A stretch of 64,000 nucleotides of DNA from Alphaproteobacteria bacterium (GTDB lineage Bacteria; Pseudomonadota; Alphaproteobacteria; SP197): the NCBI GenBank assembly GCA_964291265.2, contig OZ219747.1, forward strand, positions 192,001 through 256,000, given 5' to 3'. Position 1 is the stretch's first letter, and the number at the start of each line of letters is the position of its first letter. Of the stretch, positions 1 through 9,811 are shown in pieces. The notes beneath the pieces are model-generated. The model saw only the letters and a list, made by a program, of their open reading frames with translations. It did not search any database and was not told the DNA's origin. The position numbers and the translations under genes are program-made.

Positions 1-93
1 CGCCCGGGAGGCTGCGGAACTCTACGAGGACCTGACGCCATCTGACTGTCCAGCTTGACCGCAGCAGGGCCTTTCTGCCATGACGCATCCGTG

Positions 94-573
94 ATGTTCG
101 CCCGGATCAGAAAACTCCTCGACATGGGAGCGTCCGACGCTTCTCAGACGCCATCACCGGATCACGAGCTGCGCATGGCTTCGGCCTGCATCCTCGTCGA
201 GGCGGCCCTGGTCGACGGCCACGCCGACGAGCGCGAGATGCAGCACATCCGCGACGTACTCGAAGAACACTTCGGTCTCGGGACCGGGGAGGTGCAGGTC
301 CTCGTCGACGAGGCCACGCGAATCGCCGCGGATGCAGTGTGTTGGCACCGGTTCACACGGGTTCTCAAGGCGGAATTCGATGCCGCGGAACGGCTGACCA
401 TGATGCAGCAGCTGTGGCAGGTGGTTCTCGCCGACGGCGAACTCCATGCGTACGAGGATTCGCTGGTGCGCAGGATCGCCGGCCTGCTCCACATCCATGA
501 TGGTGACCGGGCGCTGGCACGACGACGTGCCCAGGCATACCTGGCGCGACTGGAGTCGTCTCCTCGCACTTGA
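94..573 (+). CDS. TerB family (tellurite-resistance-like) protein
   Basis: LVEAALVDG...E and [26 protein letters not shown] motifs are typical of TerB-like proteins. Start taken at ATG 94 (GTG 91 possible). Confidence 0.85.
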   Translation: MFARIRKLLDMGASDASQTPSPDHELRMASACILVEAALVDGHADEREMQHIRDVLEEHFGLGTGEVQVLVDEATRIAADAVCWHRFTRVLKAEFDAAERLTMMQQLWQVVLADGELHAYEDSLVRRIAGLLHIHDGDRALARRRAQAYLARLESSPRT

Positions 574-650
574 CCGTCGGCACGGAAGTCCCAGATAACG
601 ATGGTGCACCGATCCTCACCTTCATTCACGTCCAGAGCGTGGAGGCTTTC

Positions 651-983
651 ATGACCTACATCGTCGTTGAGTCCTGCATACGGTGCAAACTGACCGACTG
701 CGTCGAGGTCTGTCCCGTCGACTGCTTCTACGAGGGCGAGAACATGCTTGTGATCCACCCGGACGAGTGCATCGACTGCGGGGTGTGCGAACCCGAGTGC
801 CCCGTGGACGCGATCAAGCCTGACACCGACCACGGTCTCGAGGAGTGGCTGGAAATCAACAGGGAGTACGCTGAAATCTGGCCCAACATTACCCGTCAGA
901 AGGATCATCCTGCCGATTCCGACGAATGGCGCGACGTGAAGGACAAGAAGAAGTACTTCAGTCCCAGCCCGGGTGACGGTTGA
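651..983 (+). CDS. fdxA: 7Fe ferredoxin FdxA
   Basis: [29 protein letters not shown]...[12 protein letters not shown]; SD GGAGG before ATG 651. Confidence 0.95.
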   Translation: MTYIVVESCIRCKLTDCVEVCPVDCFYEGENMLVIHPDECIDCGVCEPECPVDAIKPDTDHGLEEWLEINREYAEIWPNITRQKDHPADSDEWRDVKDKKKYFSPSPGDG

Positions 984-1049
984 GGGTCCCCTCGACTTCA
1001 GGTCATCTCATTCGCGAGCCTTGGCCACACCATTCCGGCCGAGGTTGGC

Positions 1050-1300
1050 AACGGTCCCAGACATCTGATGTTGCGGTGCGCATTCATGTCCGCATGGCCA
1101 CGGACCCCGTGAAGACCGTCCGTGACGGACGCGAGGCGGCGTCTGGCGTTCCGCACTTCGCACGCGCCTGGCTGACATGCGCGGCGTTCACCGCGACGAG
1201 ACACGGAGTCTTGCAGCCGGACATCGCCTGCGGATCAGCCCGGACTTTGCCTTCACCTTCCTCCCGGGATGCTCGTCGTCGCCCTTCGCACTCCTGATCA
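1050..1300 (-). pseudogene. tnpB: Degraded tnpB (IS200/IS605 family) remnant, possibly extending to about 1620
   Basis: Frame-split motifs: RSAKG..EHPG..VKAKSGL, LVAVNAAHVSQARAKCG (Zn ribbon) and GHADMNAHRNI (RuvC-III). DNA aligns with 37070-37330. Confidence 0.8.
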
Positions 1301-1722
1301 CAGCCGCCGGGCGGACCTTGGACAGGGAGAGACCTTCGGGAGTTCAAAGATGGACCGGGCAGGTTCCGGGCGCTTGCGAATCAACATGCCGGGAGCGTCG
1401 CACATCCGGCGCCAGGATGGTCACAAGAGACTGCCGTCACGTGCCCGCTTGCGCGGGCAACGCATGGCAGGCCGACCTTCAGAGGGATCAAGCGTGGGAC
1501 GGTCTTGCCAACGTTTCGGGTGGGCCTTCCTTTCGGGCTGCCCTTCTGCTAGATTCGTGTCTCCCCCATCTCGGGACACCCCGGAACCAGCCGGCAAGGC
1601 CTTGGTGTCTTCCCGGCAATCGGGATCACTGATGACAGAGTGCGGTGTCAACAGCGTGGTGCCGTGCGCGGTCCCCGGGGTCGTGACCAAACAGGAAGAA
1701 AGGGGCGGAAGGTTACCTGACA

Positions 1723-2223
1723 ATGACAAGTGAACAGCTCAATCTCAAACCCGGTGATCACGTTGTGTACCCGACACACGGCCTGGGCAAGGTCGAAAAG
1801 GTGGAAACCCAGACGATCGGCGGGGCCAACCTCGAAATGGTGGTTGTCAACTTCGAACAGGACAAGATGGTCCTGCACGTTCCCGTCGCCAAGCTCTCCA
1901 CTTCGGGCATGCGCAAACTCTCGTCAAAGGATATCATGAAGAGTGCGCTCACGACTCTGAAGGGTCGGGCTCGCAAACAGCGATCCATGTGGAGCAGACG
2001 TGCCCAGGAATACGAGGCCAAGATCAACTCCGGTGACCCTGTCTCCATTGCTGAAGTCGTGCGCGACCTCCATGTCAGGGTCGGCGAGCCCGAACAGTCC
2101 TACAGCGAACGGCAACTCTACGAGGCCGCACTCGATCGCCTGTCGCGCGAACTCGCGGCGGTCGAGGGCGTCCAGCAGGATCAGGCGGAAGGCAAGATCG
2201 AGAAGTCCCTGCGGGCTGCCTGA
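1723..2223 (+). CDS. carD: CarD family RNA polymerase-binding transcription factor
   Basis: GDHVVYPTHGLGKV; MWSRRAQEYEAKINSGD; QSYSERQLYEAALDRL. Confidence 0.95.
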   Translation: MTSEQLNLKPGDHVVYPTHGLGKVEKVETQTIGGANLEMVVVNFEQDKMVLHVPVAKLSTSGMRKLSSKDIMKSALTTLKGRARKQRSMWSRRAQEYEAKINSGDPVSIAEVVRDLHVRVGEPEQSYSERQLYEAALDRLSRELAAVEGVQQDQAEGKIEKSLRAA

Positions 2224-2270
2224 GTCCCCTTCCGCTTTCCGTGCGCCTTCGGCCCCGACCGGAGGATCTC

Positions 2271-3098
2271 ATGATCACGCGGCCGGATAGGGAGGCAGTT
2301 CCGGCACTCGATCCCGACCGCTTTGCCGTTTTCGATCGCTGGCGGCGTGTCTGGGCCGTTGCATCGATCAACGGCCAGCGCAAGGCCCTCGTTGCCCTGC
2401 ACGACATGCTCGCTGATCGGTTCCGTTTCGGTGACCGTCTCGTCTATCTTGGCAACTACCTTGGAGATGGGGAGGATCCCTGCGGTACGCTTGACGAGCT
2501 GATCGCCTTTCGCCGGGCCATTCTCGCCCTGTGCGGCATGGCCCCGGGGGACATCGTGTTTCTTCGCGGCAGCCAGGAAGAGATGTGGCACAGACTTCAG
2601 CAACTTCACCTGGCGGTTGACGCGTCAGACGTGCTTGCCTGGATGCTGGACCAGGGAATCTCGGGCGCCATCGAATCCTACGGGCACTCGCCCGAACAGG
2701 GGATGCAGGCTGCCGGTCGCGGAACACAGGCCCTGATGGCCTGGACCTCCCGGCTGAGGAACGCCGTGCATAGTCGTCCAGGGCATGACGCGCTGATGAG
2801 TCAGCTCAAACGGGCCTGTCTGACAGCCGATGGTACCTTGCTGTTCGTGCACACCGGTCTCGACCCCGGGCGGCCGCTCGAGATCCAGTCCGATGCCTTC
2901 TGGTGGAATCCGGGAGGATTCCTGGCCCTCAGCAGACCCTATCGCAACATCCGTTACGTGGTCCGCGGCTTTGATCCCGACCAGCGCGGCATCGACATCG
3001 GAGACTACCGGGCATCGCTCGATGGCGGAACACGACGCAACCTGGTAGCAGGCTGTTTCGACCACGAAGCGCGCTTCGTTGACCGCATCATCGTATGA
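2271..3098 (+). CDS. Metallophosphoesterase-fold (PrpA/ApaH-like) protein with degenerate metal ligands
   Basis: VWAVASING, LVYLGNYLG, FLRGSQEEM and LFVHTGLDP correspond to GDIHG, GDYVDRG, GNHE and FVHAG. SD GGAGGA. Confidence 0.7.
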   Translation: MITRPDREAVPALDPDRFAVFDRWRRVWAVASINGQRKALVALHDMLADRFRFGDRLVYLGNYLGDGEDPCGTLDELIAFRRAILALCGMAPGDIVFLRGSQEEMWHRLQQLHLAVDASDVLAWMLDQGISGAIESYGHSPEQGMQAAGRGTQALMAWTSRLRNAVHSRPGHDALMSQLKRACLTADGTLLFVHTGLDPGRPLEIQSDAFWWNPGGFLALSRPYRNIRYVVRGFDPDQRGIDIGDYRASLDGGTRRNLVAGCFDHEARFVDRIIV

Positions 3099-3114
3099 CC
3101 GGCGAGGGCAAGAC

Positions 3115-4374
3115 ATGACACGCAATCTGAGGATCGATGGCGACCGCCTGTGGGATGCCATCATGGACATGGCCCGAATCGCGGCCACCGCAAAGGGCGG
3201 CAACTGCCGCCTTGCACTGACCGACGACGACCGCGAAGGGCGCGATCTCTTTGTTCGCTGGTGCGAGGCGGCCGGCATGACATGTACCGTCGACCGCATG
3301 GGAAACATCTTTGCCCGCCGCCCGGGCAAGGATCCGCACGCTCTTCCCGTCGCCACCGGCAGCCATCTCGACACTCAGCCCACCGGCGGCAAGTTCGACG
3401 GTGTCTATGGCGTCCTTGCCGGTCTTGAGGTGGTGCGCACGCTCAACGATGCCGAGATCGAGACGCAAGCGCCCATCGAGGTCATTTGCTGGACCAACGA
3501 GGAGGGTGCACGGTTTGCTCCCGCGATGATCGGTTCAGGCGTGTTCTCCGGGGACTTCAGCCTCGAATACGGTCATTCGCGGACCGACGCTGAAGGCATG
3601 ACGCTCGGCGGGGAGCTCGGACGTATCGGCTACCTCGGGGACGAGGAACCAGGCGGTCATCAGCTGGGGGCCCATTTCGAGGCGCATATCGAACAGGGAC
3701 CCATCCTCGAGGCGACGGGCAAGACCGTCGGTGTCGTGACAGGCGTTCAGGGAACGCACTGGTTCGACGTTCGCCTGGCCGGCATGGAAGCGCATGCCGG
3801 GCCCACCCCGATGGAGATGCGCCGCGACGCCGTCGTCGCGGCAGCCGCGCTGATCGGGGAAGTCAACGGTCTTGCCCTCGGAGAGGCGCCTCACGGACGC
3901 GCCACGTGCAAGATCACGAGCTGCATGCCGTCCGGCACGCGCAACACCATCGCCGGAGAGGTGGCCCTGACCGTCGATCTCAGGCATCCCGACAAGGCGG
4001 CCTACGAACGCATGGCCGGAACCCTCTGCGAGGTCGCGGCACGCACGGCTTCGGCCACGGGTGTCGCCATCGAGGTGGAGAAGATCTGGTCGTCACCTCC
4101 CATCGAATTCGATGCGGGGTGTATCGATGCGGTACGTCGCGCTGTCGCGCTGACAGGCTGCGATCACATGGACATGGTATCGGGCGCCGGTCACGATTCC
4201 GTCTATGTCAGCCGGGTGGCGCCAACGGCCATGATCTTTGTTCCCTGCGAGGGGGGCATCAGTCACAACGAAACGGAACATGCCACGTCCGGTGATCTCG
4301 CTGTGGGGGGCAACGTCCTGCTCCATGCCATGCTTGACTGCGCCGGACCCGTCACTCGAGACGGACCACCTTGA
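3115..4374 (+). CDS. M20 family Zn-dependent hydrolase (N-carbamoyl-amino acid amidohydrolase / beta-ureidopropionase type)
   Basis: GSHLDTQPTGGKFDGVYGVLAGLE; WTNEEGARF; HIEQGP; SGAGHD. Confidence 0.9.
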   Translation: MTRNLRIDGDRLWDAIMDMARIAATAKGGNCRLALTDDDREGRDLFVRWCEAAGMTCTVDRMGNIFARRPGKDPHALPVATGSHLDTQPTGGKFDGVYGVLAGLEVVRTLNDAEIETQAPIEVICWTNEEGARFAPAMIGSGVFSGDFSLEYGHSRTDAEGMTLGGELGRIGYLGDEEPGGHQLGAHFEAHIEQGPILEATGKTVGVVTGVQGTHWFDVRLAGMEAHAGPTPMEMRRDAVVAAAALIGEVNGLALGEAPHGRATCKITSCMPSGTRNTIAGEVALTVDLRHPDKAAYERMAGTLCEVAARTASATGVAIEVEKIWSSPPIEFDAGCIDAVRRAVALTGCDHMDMVSGAGHDSVYVSRVAPTAMIFVPCEGGISHNETEHATSGDLAVGGNVLLHAMLDCAGPVTRDGPP

Positions 4375-5833
4375 CCAGCATGCCGGGAGCAAGCTCGGTC
4401 TCCGCGTCGAAGGCGTTGAGAACCATGAACCGTTCCCGGCGATGGTCCTCGAACGCCATCATCCGGCTCAGCGAATCGATGGTGTCTCCCGGGGCGACCT
4501 CGACGATCCTGACACGCAGGGGACCGGCAGCTTCGGCTTCACCCGCCGACAACCGCCTGAAACTGGCCAGCGTCTGCTCTGCCAGATCGTCAAGGCCGCC
4601 GACCTCGCCCGCCGGCATGGAGAACAGGAACCGGGCCACTCGGCCCGGATTGAGGGCAATCGCGACCATCCGGTAGAGCCTGTCGCTGCCATCGGGGGCT
4701 GCACGGAAACGACCTCCGGCCGCCTGGTATCCCGCAACATCGAAGGTCTCGGGGTCGTCGACCCTCACGCGCAGTTCATCCGCCCACCGGTGGAGGTGAG
4801 ATGTCACACCGCCATGGATGTCCTCGACCCCGTTGAATGTGACAAGGGCGCCGGAATCGTCTTGAGCACGTACCTGTCCGCTGACCCGGAACATCGCCAG
4901 ACCTTCAGGCACATCGAAGGCAAAGCGCCATGCGGGATGCACGAAGCTGCGTTCGAGGATGCGCCCCTGGTCGGCGCGCTCACCGTAGGCGATGCCGTCA
5001 ATCATCCGCAGATAGGGCTCCCGGTTGAGAACGGGCCCATCGGTCGTGAACCGTGCCTCCCGGGCGGCCAGCACGACACGCTCGGCTGTCCGGGGATGGG
5101 TGGCAAACCAGCGTGTCAGAAGGGCCGGGTCGCGGTTGAGGGGCGACAGTGCATCGAGCAGGTCCGAGTGTCGCTCCAGCTGTCTCAAGAAGGTCGCCAT
5201 GGCGTATGGGTCGTAGCCGGCGCGAGCCAGATAGCGGATCCCGAGAGTGTCGGACTCGATCTCCTGTTCGCGGCTGAAACCGGCGATGACCGCATGGCCC
5301 GCCAACCCGGAAAGGTCGGTGGCGAGCCCGCCATACCCGAGATGGGATGTCGATGCATCGACCACCGTGACGGCGATCTCGGCAACCCGGGCCCAGGAAA
5401 GTCGCTGCGCCGTGTGGCGGGCGGCCACGTGGCCGATCTCGTGGCCGATCACGCCGGCAAGTTCGGCCTCGTTGTTGGCGAGTGCCAAAAGCCCGCGTGT
5501 CACGTAGATGTAACCACCCGGCAGGGCGAAGGCATTGACCAAATCCGTGTCGAGAACCGTTACCGTGAGCATCTGGGAGGAGATGTCCGATGCCGCCAGC
5601 ACTCTGGCGGACACCATGGCCACGTAGGCATTGATCCGGGGATGCTCCTCGTGGAGACCGTACTCGTTGAGGATCTCCGGGTGGTGTTCAGCGCCGAGCG
5701 CACGTTCTTCGTTCTCGCTGACAAGCGAGAACATCGATCCGCCGGTAGCGGGATTGTTCGCGCACCCCGCCGCCGTCAGGGTGAGAGCACAGCAGACCGC
5801 CAGTGCCGGCGCGAAGTGCCCGGTGTCAGTCAT
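4352..5833 (-). CDS. M48 family Zn metalloprotease lipoprotein with C-terminal LysM-like domain
   Basis: Lipobox-like LTAAGC; NAFALPGG; HEIGH; THP; C-terminal GDTIDSLS...LN...LAPG. Confidence 0.88.
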   Translation of the reverse strand: MTDTGHFAPALAVCCALTLTAAGCANNPATGGSMFSLVSENEERALGAEHHPEILNEYGLHEEHPRINAYVAMVSARVLAASDISSQMLTVTVLDTDLVNAFALPGGYIYVTRGLLALANNEAELAGVIGHEIGHVAARHTAQRLSWARVAEIAVTVVDASTSHLGYGGLATDLSGLAGHAVIAGFSREQEIESDTLGIRYLARAGYDPYAMATFLRQLERHSDLLDALSPLNRDPALLTRWFATHPRTAERVVLAAREARFTTDGPVLNREPYLRMIDGIAYGERADQGRILERSFVHPAWRFAFDVPEGLAMFRVSGQVRAQDDSGALVTFNGVEDIHGGVTSHLHRWADELRVRVDDPETFDVAGYQAAGGRFRAAPDGSDRLYRMVAIALNPGRVARFLFSMPAGEVGGLDDLAEQTLASFRRLSAGEAEAAGPLRVRIVEVAPGDTIDSLSRMMAFEDHRRERFMVLNAFDAETELAPGMLVKVVRLE

Positions 5834-6251
5834 CCCCGATGATCAGAGATTCAAGATGGGCGCGTATGTCGTCCGGAAGGGTCCTCTTGGCCCGTTTTTC
5901 AAGATCGAAACACAGGGTCGTGCACCGCAGGCGCGCCGCTGTCGCGCCAGTCGTTCCATGGCGCATCGTCGAACGGATGGTGACCGAGGAGTCGCCCAGT
6001 TTCTCGATGCCGGACTCGATGACCAGGGGATCGTTGATGACCAATTCGTCAACGAAATCTATTTCCGCACGGATGTCGACAAATCCCAGGTTGTCCGCCT
6101 CCAGCCTTTCCCGCGTGACACCTGAGCGCTGGATCATGTGCCAGCCCGCCATGTCGAACTTCGCGTAGTACTGGACCGCGTTCATGTGGCCCTGGTGATC
6201 GCAGTCCCAGGTCGTCACCATCGAACGGTGAGTCTCGATCCATCCACCCAT
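5826..6251 (-). CDS. Acyl-CoA thioesterase (4HBT hot-dog fold)
   Basis: WDCDHQGHMNAVQY motif; overlaps the start of the M48 gene. Confidence 0.85.
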   Translation of the reverse strand: MGGWIETHRSMVTTWDCDHQGHMNAVQYYAKFDMAGWHMIQRSGVTRERLEADNLGFVDIRAEIDFVDELVINDPLVIESGIEKLGDSSVTIRSTMRHGTTGATAARLRCTTLCFDLEKRAKRTLPDDIRAHLESLIIGDD

Positions 6252-6538
6252 GACACAAGGATTACTGTGCCAGGACCGACAAGGCAATCATCCGGCACGG
6301 CAGGTGTGCTTCGAGCGACCCGGACTCCCTTCCCTGCCGGATGAGGAAATGCCGGGCAATTCCGGACGTCATGCATTGACCTGCTCCGGCCCCGACGTTC
6401 GTGGATGACACTCGAGGTCAGGACTCTGTGACCACATGGCCACATCGAGGAGGGCAGGTGCAGTGGGGGAAGTGTCCCCATTCGACATCCACACCGGTCC
6501 GACGCGCGCAATGACGCGGCCTTCGGAAACGGTCAGGT

Positions 6539-7126
6539 TCACCGCACCGACTTGCGCATCGTTGTGACGGTGCGGAAGGAGAAGACTGCACGGAAGGGGC
6601 CGGTCCCGGTTCGCTCGACGGCGATGAAGCCCTGGCGCTCATAGAGGGATCTGGCGCGCGGATTGGTGTCGACGACATCCAACCGGACACCGGTCTTGCG
6701 CAGGTCTCGCGCATGGTCACAAACGGCGGCCAGCAACCGCGTGCCGATACCCCGGCCGCGCGCCGCGGCGGCAACCGCGATGCCGTCCATGAGCAACGTG
6801 TCGCGGACCTCGCGCCGGTGGAGCGCCGCCAGTCCGATGGCCCGGATTGGTCCGCTCAGACCGTACTCGCGCCAGAGCGGGGCCAGGCCGATTTCGAACA
6901 GGCCGATCCGGTCCTCCTGAAACCCGGCAATGCCGACAATGCCCGTGTCATCGATGGCAACGAAAGCCCGGTCAGCCCGCATCGTCGGGGCAAGGAACCG
7001 CGCTGCCCTCTCGACCGGACCGAGGAAGGGCGTCAGCTTGGCTTGCAGCGCCTCGCAATACAGCGCGGTCGCCTGCGCGCGCAGACTCCCGGGCACGCCG
7101 TGTTGGATGATGACAGAATCGTTCAT
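6539..7126 (-). CDS. GNAT family N-acetyltransferase
   Basis: IAVAAAARGRGIGTRLL; LDVVDTNPRARSLYERQGF. The upstream part of the 494-aa track ORF is not protein-like. Confidence 0.88.
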   Translation of the reverse strand: MNDSVIIQHGVPGSLRAQATALYCEALQAKLTPFLGPVERAARFLAPTMRADRAFVAIDDTGIVGIAGFQEDRIGLFEIGLAPLWREYGLSGPIRAIGLAALHRREVRDTLLMDGIAVAAAARGRGIGTRLLAAVCDHARDLRKTGVRLDVVDTNPRARSLYERQGFIAVERTGTGPFRAVFSFRTVTTMRKSVR

Positions 7127-7359
7127 CCTCAGGGAGATGGGGACGGCGGCCAGCGGACAAAAGGGGGACCGGCCACCGACAGGGCCTTCGGAAACGCAAG
7201 GTCGCCAGGGACCGGATGGGTTGCGTTGTGTGTGGCGCGGCATCGACGGACCGGTAGAGTCGGGCTGCGCCAACCTCAAAGACCCGCGATCCGCGCCGGC
7301 CATGTTGCCGTCATTGATCCACGAAAAATGGCGGCATGCTGTCAGTCGACGCAGGCGGT

Positions 7360-8289
7360 TCAGGGAGCGATGGCCACGTGAGCGGCGATGTAGGCGCCAT
7401 AGGCGGTGCAGAGGAGAAGGCCGATCCGCCGGCCGATCCGCCGGCTCGTCATCATCACGAGCACCATGAGGGCCGACGTGAAGAGCAGGACCCAGAGGTC
7501 GAAACCCACGATCCCTCCGGCGACAGGCAAGGGCGAGAACAGGGCGGTGACAGCGGCTATACCCAGGATATTGAACAGATTGCTCCCGATCAGGTTGCCG
7601 AGGCACAGCTCCGTGTGGCCACGCCTTGCCGCAGCGAGACTGGTCGCAATCTCGGGCAGAGACGTGCCGACGGCAATCAGCGTCAGGCCGATGACCTCCT
7701 CGCCGACTCCGAACTCGGTTGCAAGGCGCACGGCGCCCCGCACGAGGCACTCGGCTCCGACGAGCACGGCAGCGAGACCACCGGCCAGAAGCGTGAAGGA
7801 CATGACAGCACGCCCCGGCCCCCGCAATCCGGGCAGGGATGACAGGTCCGTGTCGCGGTGCACGGACCATGTGATGTAGACGCCCAGGACGACGATCATG
7901 AGCGCTCCATGCCACCATTCGATCCGTCCGGCGAAGGCACCGATGCCGGTGAATGCCAGCGTCGCGCAGAGCAGGGCCGTGGCGTCGCGGCGCAAGGCCA
8001 GCCGATCGACGACCACGGGACATACAACGGCAGTCAACCCCAGGATCATCATCGCATTCGCGATGTTGCTGCCGATCACGTTGCCCACCGCGAGTCCCGG
8101 TGATCCGTTGATGGCCGCATCGATGCAGACCGCGAGCTCGGGAAGCGAGGTCCCGAACCCGACGATGGCAATGCCGACCACAAGCGGCGACATGCCGAGT
8201 CGCGAGGCGAGGCTGGTCGCGCCGCGCACCACGCCTTCCCCGCCAAGCAACAACAGGCCGAATCCGGCCAGGACCAGGGCGACAGTCAT
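7360..8289 (-). CDS. Calcium/sodium antiporter (YrbG, CaCA family)
   Basis: Two alpha repeats, GTSLPE...GSNIAN and GTSLPE...GSNLFN; hydrophobic throughout. Confidence 0.92.
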   Translation of the reverse strand: MTVALVLAGFGLLLLGGEGVVRGATSLASRLGMSPLVVGIAIVGFGTSLPELAVCIDAAINGSPGLAVGNVIGSNIANAMMILGLTAVVCPVVVDRLALRRDATALLCATLAFTGIGAFAGRIEWWHGALMIVVLGVYITWSVHRDTDLSSLPGLRGPGRAVMSFTLLAGGLAAVLVGAECLVRGAVRLATEFGVGEEVIGLTLIAVGTSLPEIATSLAAARRGHTELCLGNLIGSNLFNILGIAAVTALFSPLPVAGGIVGFDLWVLLFTSALMVLVMMTSRRIGRRIGLLLCTAYGAYIAAHVAIAP

Positions 8290-8373
8290 GGTATTCCGAT
8301 CAGGGCAGCGGAGTGCTCACCGCACGTGGCAGACGGTCGCCGGCGCCGGTATCCTCCTGCCTCTCCACAGCCG

Positions 8374-8808
8374 TCATCGCGACCGCTCCCTGCCCCGGTC
8401 CTGCAACACGGCCCAGACGTCGACTTCCATGTCGAGCCAGGGGCGGGCGAGAGCACTGATGACGGCCGCATCGAGGATGATGGGGATGCCGCGGAAGTGC
8501 TGGCCCAGCACCCTTGATGCCGGTTCGATGAAGGCGCGGTCCCTCACCCACAGCCGGACCTTGCAGACATCCTCGAGACCGCCGCCCGCTTGCGCCAGCA
8601 GGAAAACGAGATTCTGCATGGCCTGTCCGGCCTGGCGGGCGACGTCGCCTCGACCATGGAACGTGCCGTCAAGGTCGTGCCCGGTCTGGCCGCGTATCGC
8701 CAGCCAGCGACCGGCCCGCACCATCATGGCGAGACGCGATCCCAGTTTCTGCTCGCCGCGGTACCACTGGTCGGTGTCGAAGACCCGGAAGCGTTCGTGC
8801 GCCGTCAT
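8374..8808 (-). CDS. RidA/YjgF family protein
   Basis: IRGQTG; QAGQAMQNL..LLAQAGGGLEDV; ISALARPWLDMEVD. Confidence 0.82.
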   Translation of the reverse strand: MTAHERFRVFDTDQWYRGEQKLGSRLAMMVRAGRWLAIRGQTGHDLDGTFHGRGDVARQAGQAMQNLVFLLAQAGGGLEDVCKVRLWVRDRAFIEPASRVLGQHFRGIPIILDAAVISALARPWLDMEVDVWAVLQDRGRERSR

Positions 8809-8821
8809 GCCGTATCGATCG

Positions 8822-9811
8822 TCAGTACCGGTGGAAGGTGCTGATCCGGTTGCGCAACCGAGAGCCACGAAGTCGACGGGAAAGGTTGTCGAAGAAGAGG
8901 TCAAGCGTGTCGGGAATGTATGTCCTGACATCGTCCGACGAGCAGTGGGGCGATATGAAGAGATCGGGGACCGTCCACAGGCGCGAGCCGGGAGGCAGCG
9001 GCTCGGGATCGAAGACGTCGAGATGGGCCGCCGCCAGATGGCCGCTCTCAAGGAGGTCGCCGAGTGCATCGACGTCGACGATCGCAGACCGTCCCATGTT
9101 GAGGAGTGTCGCCCCCGGCTTCATCGACGAGAGCCGGCGGCGGTTCAGGAGATTGCGGGTTTCGGGCGTGAGCGGCGCCATCACGACGACGGTGTCCGCC
9201 TCACCCAGCACCGTGTCGATGGCATCGACGGCGACCACCCTGTCGGCCCAGCGGAACGGCTGGCCACGGCGCGTGACACCGATCACCGTCATGGCGAGGC
9301 GCTGACGCAGCCAGCGTGCCGTGGGGCCGCCCATGCCACCCAGGCCAATCACGACGGCCGTTCCGCCCTCGATGCGTGTGGTGAACCGCCGCGACCAGCG
9401 TCGCTGTGCCTTGGCGTGGGCGAAATGCGGCAGTCCGTGCGCCATGGCGAGCACCGAAGCCGCGGCGAACTCAGCAGCCTTGGGGCCGTGAACGCCGCTG
9501 TTGCTGGTGATGGCGAGGCCCCGCCAGGTCCAGTCGAAGGGCTGCAGGTGTTCGGTTCCGGCTCCTGTAAGCGTGATCCACGTCAGCCTTGGCGCCAGGA
9601 ATGCGAGCTCGCGCGTGGGAAACCGCCAGCCCATCAGGATATCGGCATCAGCCACGCCTTCGGCAAAGCGGTCGTGGTCGACACTCCAGTCGAAGCGGAC
9701 ATGGCGCGCGAGGTGCGGATGACGCGCCAGGGCTTCGGCCACCAGTTCCTCGGTCACGTGAAAGACGGGCGCCTGGGCAGAAAGGGCGCTGACGTGGACC
9801 TTCAGGGTCAT
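8822..9811 (-). CDS. D-2-hydroxyacid dehydrogenase family protein
   Basis: GLGGMG Rossmann motif; PLTPETRNL; NMGR; LDVFDPEPLP; SPH. ATGA overlap with the Rieske gene. Confidence 0.9.
   Translation of the reverse strand: MTLKVHVSALSAQAPVFHVTEELVAEALARHPHLARHVRFDWSVDHDRFAEGVADADILMGWRFPTRELAFLAPRLTWITLTGAGTEHLQPFDWTWRGLAITSNSGVHGPKAAEFAAASVLAMAHGLPHFAHAKAQRRWSRRFTTRIEGGTAVVIGLGGMGGPTARWLRQRLAMTVIGVTRRGQPFRWADRVVAVDAIDTVLGEADTVVVMAPLTPETRNLLNRRRLSSMKPGATLLNMGRSAIVDVDALGDLLESGHLAAAHLDVFDPEPLPPGSRLWTVPDLFISPHCSSDDVRTYIPDTLDLFFDNLSRRLRGSRLRNRISTFHRY

Noticed and set aside
6518-7196. 14-bp direct repeat GGCCTTCGGAAACG flanking the GNAT gene (6518-6531 and 7183-7196)
   Set aside because: It could mark a cassette insertion, but one 14-mer pair in GC-rich DNA is compatible with chance, and no attC or recombinase is present.
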